A DNA stretch of 64,000 nucleotides, taken from Dehalococcoidia bacterium. Its GTDB lineage: Bacteria; Chloroflexota; Dehalococcoidia; Lucifugimonadales; UBA3495. The notes beneath the pieces were generated by a model that saw only the letters and a program-made list of their open reading frames with translations, made no database searches and was not told the origin of the DNA. The stretch covers positions 988 through 64,987 of the forward strand of contig DAOUHE010000290.1 of assembly GCA_034428715.1 (NCBI GenBank), given 5' to 3'. Position numbers and translations under genes: made by a program. This document shows, in pieces, positions 1 to 8,036 of the stretch. The stretch's first letter is position 1. Every line of letters starts with the position of its first letter.

Positions 1-82
1 AGAGGACGTCGCCGGGGTATAGGGTGGCGTACTTGCTCAATTCGTGGATCCAAAGGGCGGGTCCCAATATCTGGCCGAACGG
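1..82 (-). pseudogene. 5'-truncated FAH-family (fumarylacetoacetate hydrolase) remnant, runs off the left edge
   Basis: Directly after the stop of the 83..1255 gene, and in the same frame, the minus strand reads PFGQILGPALWIHELSKYATLYPGDVL. This matches ADQIWDAATWIHELSKYATLHSGDVL near the C-terminus of the intact FAH gene at 1351..2133. DNA 1..82 aligns with 1457..1540. There is no room for the N-terminal ~200 aa. Confidence 0.6.
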
Positions 83-1255
83 CTAGACGCCCCGCTCGGT
101 TTCGAGGCCCAGGACCACCCTTCCGTACTGGCTGCCGCCCAGGTCCATGATGAGTCCGTCGCGGTGGGACACGGCGTGGGCGTCCCGGTGGAACCGCTGG
201 AGGGATTCCGAGTCGAATAGGGCGTGGCCTCCGCTCAGGTCGAACAGCCGGTTGACCGAGCGCAGGCAGAGTTGGGTGATGAACGCTTTATCCCGCCGGT
301 ATCTGGCGCGCTCCAGAGGGGAGAATGTCTCTCCAGCGTTTGCTTTTTCGAAAATCTCATGGATGTCGTGGTTCATGAACACCCGGGCGGCATCCACCTC
401 CGCCGTGGCCTCGGATAGGCGAATATGGATGGCCGGTGATTCCGCGGTCTTGCCGGGTCCTGATGTCCCGATCAGGCGGGCGGTAAACTCGTCGATCATT
501 CCCTGGGCGGTCCCGACCATCGGGGCCACCAAGTCCCATCCTAGCTGGACGGGGATCGGCATGCGATACAAGGCCTGGTGGTGTATCTCCCAGCCGGTCC
601 AGTCACCGTCGCCGGCCGTTACCACGTTCAATACCCGGTGGGAAGGGACAAAGGCGTCCTCAACCACGATGTCCTTACTCCCGGTGCCTCGGAGCCCTGA
701 CACGAACCAGGTATCGACGATCTGGTAATCCGGGCGTGGGACCAGGACCCAGGTGCGCTCGCCGATTCCCGCGGCGCCCAGTACCAACCAGCTCGCGGCA
801 TCGCAGCCGCTAGAGAACTCCCAGCGGCCCGTCAGACGATATCCGCCGCTTACGGGCTCCGTCTTGGAAGTACCCGGAGTCAGGGAGCTCGAGCACAGAA
901 CGTCCGCTCCCCCGGCGGATACCTCCTCCTGTGCCTGCAACGGCCAATAGCCCACCATTCCCGCGTTGGCCGCCCAGACCGAGTAGCACCAGGAGGCGGA
1001 GGGACAACCCCTCGCCAGCTCTTCCCCCACCTCAAAGACCAAGCCGTGGTCTAGACCCAGGCCGCCGAACCGTTTGGGGACTTCGATCCGATTCAGGCCT
1101 GTCGAAATAAAATCTTGAACCGTTTCGTCGGGGATTCGGCGAAGCTCTTCGGAATGGGCCGCCCGCGCTTTGAGCGCCGGGACCATGGCGGACGCCCTTC
1201 GGAGCATCTCCGCAGAGGTCAAGATATCCCTACCAGCGCCCGTGTAAGCTGCCAT
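83..1255 (-). CDS. Acyl-CoA dehydrogenase-fold flavin-dependent monooxygenase (HsaA/DszC-like, ACAD type 2)
   Basis: 390-aa ORF. The N-terminus ...ALKARAAHSEELRRIPDETVQDFISTGLNRIEVPKRFGGLGLD is typical of ACAD-type-2 oxygenase components. Confidence 0.75.
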   Translation of the reverse strand: MAAYTGAGRDILTSAEMLRRASAMVPALKARAAHSEELRRIPDETVQDFISTGLNRIEVPKRFGGLGLDHGLVFEVGEELARGCPSASWCYSVWAANAGMVGYWPLQAQEEVSAGGADVLCSSSLTPGTSKTEPVSGGYRLTGRWEFSSGCDAASWLVLGAAGIGERTWVLVPRPDYQIVDTWFVSGLRGTGSKDIVVEDAFVPSHRVLNVVTAGDGDWTGWEIHHQALYRMPIPVQLGWDLVAPMVGTAQGMIDEFTARLIGTSGPGKTAESPAIHIRLSEATAEVDAARVFMNHDIHEIFEKANAGETFSPLERARYRRDKAFITQLCLRSVNRLFDLSGGHALFDSESLQRFHRDAHAVSHRDGLIMDLGGSQYGRVVLGLETERGV

Positions 1256-1350
1256 TTAAACTCCTCGAATTGGTCCCACCTGCCTTGACCAGATCTCTAC
1301 CCATACAGCGGGTAGAAAGCCCGTTAATATGATCTTGATGTTTACTCCCC

Positions 1351-2133
1351 TTACTCCTCCGCCACCACGTAGTTCTTCAACGTCCCGATGCCGCTGATCT
1401 CCACTTCTATCGTGTCGCCGGGGACCATGTCGCCGTCGGCTCCTTGGGTGCCCATCCAGAGGACGTCACCGGAGTGGAGGGTGGCGTACTTGCTCAGCTC
1501 GTGGATCCAGGTGGCGGCGTCCCAGATCTGGTCGGCCGAGGAGAAGTCCTCCCAAACGTCGCCGTTGTGGCGGACGGTTATGTGTAAGCTCTTGGGGTCG
1601 AGGCCAGTGACGATCCACGGGCCCATGGGCTTCCAGGTGTCGCAGTTCTTGCCCCGGAACATGGTGCGGTCGGCCTGTTGCCAGGTGCGCTGGCTGATGT
1701 CGTTGCCGATGGTGTAGCCGAAAACGCAGCCGATGGCCTCGTCGACGGACACGTTGCGCGCCTTCTTTCCCATGACCACCGCCAACTGGCCTTCGGGCTG
1801 CACCGCCCCCGAGCACTCTTTAGGGACCACGATGTTTTCCTCGGAACCGATGATGGCATGGACCGAGCGGTAGTTGGGAGACGGCCGGTCCGGATAACTG
1901 GGCGGCGAGCCCCGCCGGGCGGCCATGCCGTCCACGTGGCCCCGGTAGTTGGGCCCGGCGGCGTACAACATGCCGGGGATTACTGGCGCCAGCAGCTTCA
2001 CCTGGCCTAGCTGGAATGTGGTTGACGTGACGGTGTGCTGGCCGAATGGGCTGCCATCGACCTTGGTCACCGTTTCTCCATCGACGATACCGTAGCTGGC
2101 AGTCTGGTTTATTTCATAGCGGCACCAAATCAT
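1351..2133 (-). CDS. Fumarylacetoacetate hydrolase (FAH) family protein
   Basis: 260-aa ORF with FAH-domain motifs (EGQLAVVMGK, GYTIGNDISQR, GDVLWMGT). Confidence 0.85.
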   Translation of the reverse strand: MIWCRYEINQTASYGIVDGETVTKVDGSPFGQHTVTSTTFQLGQVKLLAPVIPGMLYAAGPNYRGHVDGMAARRGSPPSYPDRPSPNYRSVHAIIGSEENIVVPKECSGAVQPEGQLAVVMGKKARNVSVDEAIGCVFGYTIGNDISQRTWQQADRTMFRGKNCDTWKPMGPWIVTGLDPKSLHITVRHNGDVWEDFSSADQIWDAATWIHELSKYATLHSGDVLWMGTQGADGDMVPGDTIEVEISGIGTLKNYVVAEE

Positions 2134-2195
2134 TACAAGGCTCCTTTTATGCGATTACTTGGTTGCGATTTACGCGGTTGTTGGTTGATGGTGGA

Positions 2196-2229
2196 GAAAA
2201 TCCCCCAACCGCCTTTGCGAAAGGGCGCT
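2196..2229 (-). repeat. Interspersed repeat family A, inverted copy
   Basis: The reverse complement AGCGCCCTTTCGCAAAGGCGGTTGGGGGATTTTC matches the copies at 2401..2436 and 3142..3176. Confidence 0.8.
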
Positions 2230-2340
2230 TTGATTGTCACAAAAATGCCTCGCTGTCGGTCCAGTTCCCTTGAGCCGCGCTAAAGCTTTGGGGAGTTTTA
2301 CAGATGGAACAGCCCTATTGATCAACGAGCACCCCCTCCC

Positions 2341-2375
2341 CAGATTCTTCGTCACTTCGTTCCTCAGAATGACAA
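2341..2375 (-). repeat. Interspersed hairpin repeat family B (TGTCAYYCTGAG...GAAGRATCT)
   Basis: The reverse complement TGTCATTCTGAGGAACGAAGTGACGAAGAATCTG is nearly identical to 4346..4379. Confidence 0.8.
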
Positions 2376-2400
2376 TGTCGAACTAGACCCTGAGTTAAAA

Positions 2401-2436
2401 AGCCCCACTTTCGCAAAGGGGGGTTGGGGGAATTTC
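2401..2436 (+). repeat. Interspersed repeat family A
   Basis: AGCCCCACTTTCGCAAAGGGGGGTTGGGGGAATTTC. It forms a ~34-bp terminal inverted repeat with 2196..2229. Confidence 0.8.
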
Positions 2437-2456
2437 CGTCCCCTCGCCTCCCAACC

Positions 2457-3036
2457 CTACTCCGGAAAGCCCAGCGACTCGGGCTCGCTGCCGCCAAGCA
2501 CCTTGCCTATGTTGTAGAAGGCGAAGGTGGCGGCGCGCTGGGTTGACTCTTCGCCGTGGCCGGCCATGTGGGGCGTGATGACCGCGTTGTCAAGATCGAA
2601 CAGCGGGTTGTCCCTGGGCGTGGGCTCCTCCTCCAAAACGTCCAAACCAGCGGCGGCGACGCTTCATGGTGATGTCGTACTGCCGCCAGAGCCTGGTGCT
2701 GAGGCTGATCATCATGGCGATGGTGTGCTCGGACACGGCTATGGCGTTGGCGCCACCGTTGTTGGCCACCGGAATTCCCATCTCCAGAATGGAAGCCAGG
2801 TCCAACTGGTCGTATCCGGCGCTGAGGGTCTGCACCAATTTGACGTTGGTGCATTGGCTGAGTACGTCGTTGGAGACGTTGGAGGAAATGATGGCGTCAA
2901 CGTCGCGGCACAAGGCCACCTTGTCGGCATCGGACAGGCTGGGGTCCACCAAAACCAACTCCACCCCATCGGGAGCTTGCTCCGCCATGAAGTCGGCCCG
3001 GCTGCCCGAGGGGCTGAAAAACGCTATTTTCAGCAT
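2457..3036 (-). pseudogene. D-isomer-specific 2-hydroxyacid dehydrogenase with an internal deletion of the NAD-binding domain plus a frameshift
   Basis: The N-terminal catalytic-domain part (MLKIAFF...GGANAIAVSEHTIAMMISLSTRLWRQYDITMK) and the C-terminal part (AGLDVLEEEPTPRDNPLFDLDNAVITPHMAGH) lie in different frames and only ~600 nt apart. The GxGxxG Rossmann segment is absent. Confidence 0.7.
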
Positions 3037-3141
3037 GGGTCCACCCTCCTGAATATCGTCCAGACACAATCACGGCAATTATAGCTTTGGGCAGCGGCTT
3101 GTCAAAAGAATGATTCGGGATTAGAGGAATTCGCCATTAAT

Positions 3142-3176
3142 AGCCCCATTTCGTAAAGGCAGTTGGGGGATTTCAC
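3142..3176 (+). repeat. Interspersed repeat family A
   Basis: AGCCCCATTTCGTAAAGGCAGTTGGGGGATTTCAC. Same orientation as 2401..2436. Confidence 0.75.
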
Positions 3177-3299
3177 CCGTCATTAGTAAACCCGGCCATG
3201 TGTTTACGGTTGACCATCACAGGCACGTGTGCTGTAATTTCCTTTTGCGCCTGCGCTTTTAGAGGGCAGGGTATATCGTGCCAGTGATGGGAGGCCAGA

Positions 3300-4310
3300 A
3301 TGAAGTTACTAACCTATGACACCGAAAGTGGACCACATTGCGGAGTCCTGCACAATAACGATGTGGTCGATGTCAGCGCCCTGATCGGGGCCACGCAAGC
3401 CTTGCCCGACGTGCGAGCCCTGTTGGAATTGAGCGATTTTCCCATCGATAGGGTCAGGGACGCCCTGGCCAATAATGTCACGGCGCCGCGTGTTCCTTTG
3501 GCGGATGTCACCTTGCGTTCTCCGATCCTCCAACCACCCACGGTGCGTGATTTTATCGTTTACGAAGAACATGCCAGCAGCCAGGGCACCCGGCAACCCC
3601 ATGAAGTCTGGTACCGGATGCCGGTCTTCTACTTCTCGAATCCCCTGTGTATCTATGGGACGGACGCCCAGATCCCATATCCCTCGGCGTCCCAGCAATA
3701 CGACTATGAGCTTGAGATCGGCTGTGTCATCGGCCGGGAGGGGAGCAACGTTGCGGCCGCGGATGCACTGGACTATGTCGCCGGCTTCACCATATTCAAC
3801 GACTGGAGCGCCCGGGACCTGCAGGGGGATGAAATGGCTTTTGGCCTTGGGCCGGCCAAGGGAAAGGACACCGCCTCGTCATTGGGGCCATGGCTGGTTA
3901 CGATGGACGAAATGGCCCCTTACCTCAAGGAAGGAAGGCTGCACCTGAAGTGTGAGGTCAAGGTCAACGGGGCCTCTTGGTTAAGTAATGGTGCTGCCCA
4001 AGACGCCTACTACACCTTCGGAGATATGATTGAGCGGGCTTCCAAGGACAGCCGCATAGTCCCGGGAGACGTGATCGGAAGCGGGACCGTCGGAGGCGGC
4101 TCGATCAGGGAAGCGATCCGCAAGGGCTATGAAAAAGCCAGGTTTCTGGAACCAGGGGATGTCGTCGAGCATCACGTGGAAGGGATCGGCGTGCTCCGGG
4201 GTATCATTGGTCCTAACAATAACGTGGATGAAGATTACCGATTCCAGGTAAAGAGCCTGGCGCCAATCCCCGAGCTGGGTACCGCAAAGGACTACAAGTA
4301 TCAGCGTTGA
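3300..4310 (+). CDS. Fumarylacetoacetate hydrolase (FAH) family protein
   Basis: 336-aa ORF. FAH C-terminal domain motifs are present (YELEIGCVIGR, GFTIFNDWSARD, GDVIGSGTVGGG). Confidence 0.85.
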   Translation: MKLLTYDTESGPHCGVLHNNDVVDVSALIGATQALPDVRALLELSDFPIDRVRDALANNVTAPRVPLADVTLRSPILQPPTVRDFIVYEEHASSQGTRQPHEVWYRMPVFYFSNPLCIYGTDAQIPYPSASQQYDYELEIGCVIGREGSNVAAADALDYVAGFTIFNDWSARDLQGDEMAFGLGPAKGKDTASSLGPWLVTMDEMAPYLKEGRLHLKCEVKVNGASWLSNGAAQDAYYTFGDMIERASKDSRIVPGDVIGSGTVGGGSIREAIRKGYEKARFLEPGDVVEHHVEGIGVLRGIIGPNNNVDEDYRFQVKSLAPIPELGTAKDYKYQR

Positions 4311-4345
4311 CCGTCTCGCCCATGGTAGAGGTCTTGCCTCAAAAT

Positions 4346-4379
4346 TGTCATTCTGAGGAGCGTAGCGACTGAAGAATCT
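4346..4379 (+). repeat. Repeat family B
   Basis: TGTCATTCTGAGGAGCGTAGCGACTGAAGAATCT. The arms ATTCT/AGAAT are self-complementary. Confidence 0.8.
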
Positions 4380-4430
4380 AAATTCATGAGTGCAGCGCCC
4401 CAATTGGCTAACCTAAGCTCATGATTTTAG

Positions 4431-4455
4431 ACACCTCGTTGCACTCGGGGTGACA
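4431..4455 (-). repeat. Repeat family B, diverged inverted copy
   Basis: The reverse complement is TGTCACCCCGAGTGCAACGAGGTGT. It lies in inverted orientation ~50 bp from 4346..4379. Confidence 0.55.
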
Positions 4456-4494
4456 TGTTGTGGAGGCTTTCGAGGCAAAGCCCATGGGAGGCCA

Positions 4495-6201
4495 TTAAAA
4501 TAGCTCCGAGATCTCCCGGTCAAGCTGATCATCGGCCGTTTCCATCTGGCCATCGTCGCCCTTCTTGCGGGTTCGGCCCGGCAACCGGCTGAGGGATTCG
4601 TATGATTCAGCCGACCCGTATTCCCTGGTGTGGATCACCAGGGGCATGGGAAGGGCATGGCCGAAGATCAGGGCCTGCTGTTTAGCCTCTAACCGGGTCA
4701 AAACACCCCGAAGCTGGCGGCTGCCGGAAGTGCCCTGGAGCACGGCGTCTATGTCCCGGTCATTGTCCAAAAGGCAGGTCAAGCGCGTCCCCACCTGGCT
4801 CATGACTTCGGAGTCGATGGCGCTGGGGCGTTGGTCGATGACCATCAAAGTGACGTTGTATTTGCGCAGCTCGCGGGCAATGGTGCCGAATATGGTCTGG
4901 GAAGCCACGGCGGGGTCCAGGAATTTGTGGGCTTCTTCGATAACTATCACCAAGGGCCGAGGGTCTTTGCCGGACCCACCTTCAAAGGAATCTTTCAGAA
5001 ACACGTACCGGTCGTGGATGCGCCGGGTCAGCAGATTGCTGGCCAGGATATAGGCCATCAGGTCGTTGCCGTAGCGGCCAAATTCTAACACTACGTGCTG
5101 GCCACGTTCTAAGTGTTCGATGATGGTCCTTGCGGCGTCGTGGTCCGTTTTTTCGACCAGGAATTCAAGCCGTTTCAAGCGATTCAGCCGGTTATACAGC
5201 GCTCCCAAAGCGTTGGGCTGCACCTGGATTTTATCCGCTAGCTCTACCAGGGCACTTCGGTCCTCTACATCAAGGAACTGCCTAAGCCAATTTGGTTGGC
5301 CGAAATACTGCTGCAGATTATAGGCAGATGACGCCGCGACTTCGGACAGGTTCAAAGTCTCCCGCAGTAACTCCACGTCTTCAGGTTCGATTTCGCTATA
5401 ACCTATGCGTACCACCTCGTCTGTGGACACTTTGCGCGTAATGGCGTGCTGCGGATCCAGCGTGAACGTCGATACTCTGGAAGAAAACAACTGCTTAAGG
5501 CCCTTGGTAAATCGGTTATTTTCTGAATCATATACTCCCCAACCGTACTCGCTGTGCATGTCGAAGATTAGAGAAGAAGCCCGGCCGCCTTGCAGAATGC
5601 CTACCAGAAGGAGGCGGGTCAGGAATGTTTTTCCGGTGCCGCTCTTGCCGAATACGCCGATGGAACGTTTGACCAATTCATCCAGGTCCAGGCAAACCTT
5701 GGTTTCCATGTCCAGGGGGCTGCCGATCCAGAAGTGGCGTTCGTCCTCGGCTCCAAAAACCGTGGCCACGTCGTCGTCCGAGGCGGCAAAGGCTTTGGAG
5801 AAATGGGGCGGGATGGTCTTGGCCGCAACCGGCGGTTGAGAATCACCCCGGACGGCTGGCAAGATCAATTGGGGCAGCACTGTGATGGTCCCGTAGGCCA
5901 CCGAGCCCGCCATAACCTGAGCGATGAACGGGTCGTCTACCGGCGGAGGGTTCTGCTTCAGGCGTGGATCGGAGCTGCCCAGGGCAATCTCGGTCAGTGT
6001 GCCAAAGAAGCGGCCACGGTTTCCCTGGATGGTTACGAAGGTGCCCACCTTCAGGTCTTCCACCGAGGTCTGGGAGTTCAAGCGAACTTCGACACCATTG
6101 GTCAACGACCCATCGACCACCATGCCCAACGAAGCGCCGGCAACCAATTGTGGATAGCCGGAATCAGGCATTTCTTGGTTTGAACCAAAGCCATTGGTCA
6201 T
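4495..6201 (-). CDS. HerA/FtsK-superfamily ATPase (HerA-like, DUF87 type) with an N-terminal barrel
   Basis: Walker A is FGKSGTGKTF and Walker B is PLVIVIEEAHKF, followed by VIDQRPSAID. The start is taken at the ATG (MTNGFG...) that overlaps the upstream stop in ATGA at 6198..6201. Confidence 0.8.
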   Translation of the reverse strand: MTNGFGSNQEMPDSGYPQLVAGASLGMVVDGSLTNGVEVRLNSQTSVEDLKVGTFVTIQGNRGRFFGTLTEIALGSSDPRLKQNPPPVDDPFIAQVMAGSVAYGTITVLPQLILPAVRGDSQPPVAAKTIPPHFSKAFAASDDDVATVFGAEDERHFWIGSPLDMETKVCLDLDELVKRSIGVFGKSGTGKTFLTRLLLVGILQGGRASSLIFDMHSEYGWGVYDSENNRFTKGLKQLFSSRVSTFTLDPQHAITRKVSTDEVVRIGYSEIEPEDVELLRETLNLSEVAASSAYNLQQYFGQPNWLRQFLDVEDRSALVELADKIQVQPNALGALYNRLNRLKRLEFLVEKTDHDAARTIIEHLERGQHVVLEFGRYGNDLMAYILASNLLTRRIHDRYVFLKDSFEGGSGKDPRPLVIVIEEAHKFLDPAVASQTIFGTIARELRKYNVTLMVIDQRPSAIDSEVMSQVGTRLTCLLDNDRDIDAVLQGTSGSRQLRGVLTRLEAKQQALIFGHALPMPLVIHTREYGSAESYESLSRLPGRTRKKGDDGQMETADDQLDREISELF

Positions 6202-6806
6202 GGCCTTACCGTCCTCAATATGGCGTTGAGCCGTGGCAGGTCTCCCGCCAGTTCCCCAGCCAGGTCTTTGCACGCCCGCAGGAGGAAGGCTTGACTTTCA
6301 TCATACGACGCGGCCGCTTCCCGCAGACACGCCCCCACCACCTGGTCGGCGACGGGGATGCCCGATGACAACAGCAACCCGATCCAGCCGGAGTGGCTGG
6401 CCAGGCGCATCACCTCTTCCGATGAACAGGCGTGGACAAAGGCGTGGACCCGGGGAGGCAAGGGAGGCAGAACTGGTACCTGAGCGCCCTGGTCCTGGTG
6501 ACCGACGATGACCACCTCGAAACGGGAGGTAAGCAGGCGCTCCAACTGGGGATTGTTGCGGAAAATCTCTTCTTCGGTTGCGGCTGATTCTCCCCGGGCT
6601 AGAACCGGCCGGGTGGCGTCCAGAGGCTCGGTGGTTACCCGGTAGACGACACCGTGAACGGCCGGGCCGCCGGCGCGGACAAAGGAGCCCAGGGGAGGCG
6701 CATCATAAAGCCTGTAGCATTGGGCGGTAAAGGACGTGGAGTTGGCCTCCACCACTTCCCCCACCCGCCGGGACTCCTGGGTTCCGCCGTTATTCATGGC
6801 GGTCAT
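6198..6806 (-). CDS. Hypothetical protein, translationally coupled partner of the HerA-like ATPase; N-terminus resembles a HAS-type barrel
   Basis: 202-aa ORF. The ATGA stop/start overlap links it to the ATPase gene. The N-terminal segment VGEVVEANSTSFTAQCYRLYDAPPLGSFVRAGGPAVHGVVYRV loosely parallels the ATPase N-terminus. I recognised no NurA, SIR2 or DUF4297 signatures. Confidence 0.5.
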   Translation of the reverse strand: MTAMNNGGTQESRRVGEVVEANSTSFTAQCYRLYDAPPLGSFVRAGGPAVHGVVYRVTTEPLDATRPVLARGESAATEEEIFRNNPQLERLLTSRFEVVIVGHQDQGAQVPVLPPLPPRVHAFVHACSSEEVMRLASHSGWIGLLLSSGIPVADQVVGACLREAAASYDESQAFLLRACKDLAGELAGDLPRLNAILRTVRP

Positions 6807-6827
6807 TGCTCAGTTACAGCCCCGGTC

Positions 6828-7031
6828 CTATTCGACCTGGAGCTCTTGCCCGGCTTGCAATTCCTGCAGCTTATCCACGCCTTTGGCTATGGCGTCTTTA
6901 ACCAAACTGCGGGTTTCGCTCCCCGGTTTGGGCGCCAGTAGCAGGCCGATAGCCACACCCGCCAAGGCGCCCAAAGCCAATCCCACTGTAAGATTCAATG
7001 CAACGCTAGAATGGCTGTGATTGTGTCCCAT
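6828..7031 (-). CDS. YtxH domain-containing small membrane protein
   Basis: 67 aa. A transmembrane segment is followed by LLAPKPGSETRSLVKDA, as in the YtxH family. Confidence 0.65.
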   Translation of the reverse strand: MGHNHSHSSVALNLTVGLALGALAGVAIGLLLAPKPGSETRSLVKDAIAKGVDKLQELQAGQELQVE

Positions 7032-7235
7032 ACCCGTCCACCTCCCTCTGCCTGGAATTCCTGTTTGCCACGCGCTCGCAGGGATCGGAATGGTTGCGGA
7101 ATGTGGCCTGCCCCACTAGATCATCCTAGCACACCACTATCGACTGAGAAATCCACGGTTGTCAGATTCAGCACCAATCCAACTCGTCTCTAAGGACCCA
7201 ATGACTCACCAAGCCTGGGATAGGATCAAAAACCG

Positions 7236-7262
7236 CTTATCCTGAGTCCGTCGAAGAACCTC
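7236..7262 (+). repeat. Repeat family B, degenerate copy
   Basis: CTTATCCTGAGTCCGTCGAAGAACCTC. Confidence 0.45.
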
Positions 7263-7293
7263 AATTCTGCCAAACAGACCTTTGGCCCCCTCG

Positions 7294-7710
7294 TCAGGCC
7301 GGCTTAAATTTCACCAGGGTCCACTCGTGGGTAACGTCGTCGTAGACCGCCACCACCGGCATATCCACCTGGAGGTCTTCGTGGGCGCACTCCACAATGT
7401 TCGAGATCATCCGGGGGCCTTCATCCAATTGAATCACACCGTAGACATGGGGAGCGTCGTCGCGGAACGCCGCGTTGGCCACCTGATGGACGATGGTGTA
7501 GGTATGGAGACGTCCTTTTCCGCTGACGGTGGCCCAGCCGATGTCTTGGGAGGCACACCTGGGGCATTCCTCCCGGGGATAGAAGAAGAACTTGTCGCAT
7601 TTTTGGCAACGGGGCATTGCCAACTCGTGACGTTGAACTGCCTCCCAAAAGGGTTTGGTTAATTCGGTGCTGAGCGGCCGGGGCAGAGGCTTTCTGTATT
7701 CGGTGGTCAT
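7294..7710 (-). CDS. Zn-ribbon OB-fold protein (DUF35 family)
   Basis: 138 aa. Contains CQKC...CPRC Zn-ribbon cysteines followed by an OB-fold segment (GKGRLHTYTIVH). Confidence 0.85.
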   Translation of the reverse strand: MTTEYRKPLPRPLSTELTKPFWEAVQRHELAMPRCQKCDKFFFYPREECPRCASQDIGWATVSGKGRLHTYTIVHQVANAAFRDDAPHVYGVIQLDEGPRMISNIVECAHEDLQVDMPVVAVYDDVTHEWTLVKFKPA

Positions 7711-7747
7711 TTCGTTCCTTAATTAATCGAACCTTATTTGGCGAAAC

Positions 7748-8036
7748 TTATTTGGTTGCTTCGGTTCCCAATATGAGCGTGCACATCACGCTCCCGGTAC
7801 CGCCTCAACCATTCACCATGGTCAGGTCGTGCTTGGCCACCTGCCGCTCATCGGCCCGCCCCATGACCTGGCGGATACCCTCAATGACGTGGCGGAAGCC
7901 TCCGGCCCCGCCCACCGGCTGGCCTTCGGAAAGCTGAGCCATTGTAGGTTGTGTCCACCGAATCGAAGAAGGGACCGATCTCGCCCTTCTCGCAGATCCC
8001 GGCATCTTCGAGGCACACGGCCTCAAGAATGGTGTA
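7748..8036 (-). pseudogene. 5'-truncated, frameshifted thiolase-like (SCP-x/lipid-transfer type) remnant
   Basis: Minus-strand pieces lie in two frames: YTILEAVCLEDAGICEKGEIGPFFDSVDTTYNG, then QLSEGQPVGGAGGFRHVIEGIRQVMGRADERQVAKHDLTMVNG-TGA-GGTGSVMCTLILG. Only the last ~95 aa of a thiolase of ~390 aa are present. The remnant begins right at the stop of 8037..9086. Confidence 0.7.

Noticed and set aside
7805-7807. In-frame TGA inside the thiolase-like remnant (VNG-TGA-GG) as a second selenocysteine codon
   Set aside because: The position is not a redox or catalytic Cys site. The gene also lacks its N-terminal ~300 aa and carries a frameshift, so simple decay (probably TGG to TGA) is the better explanation.
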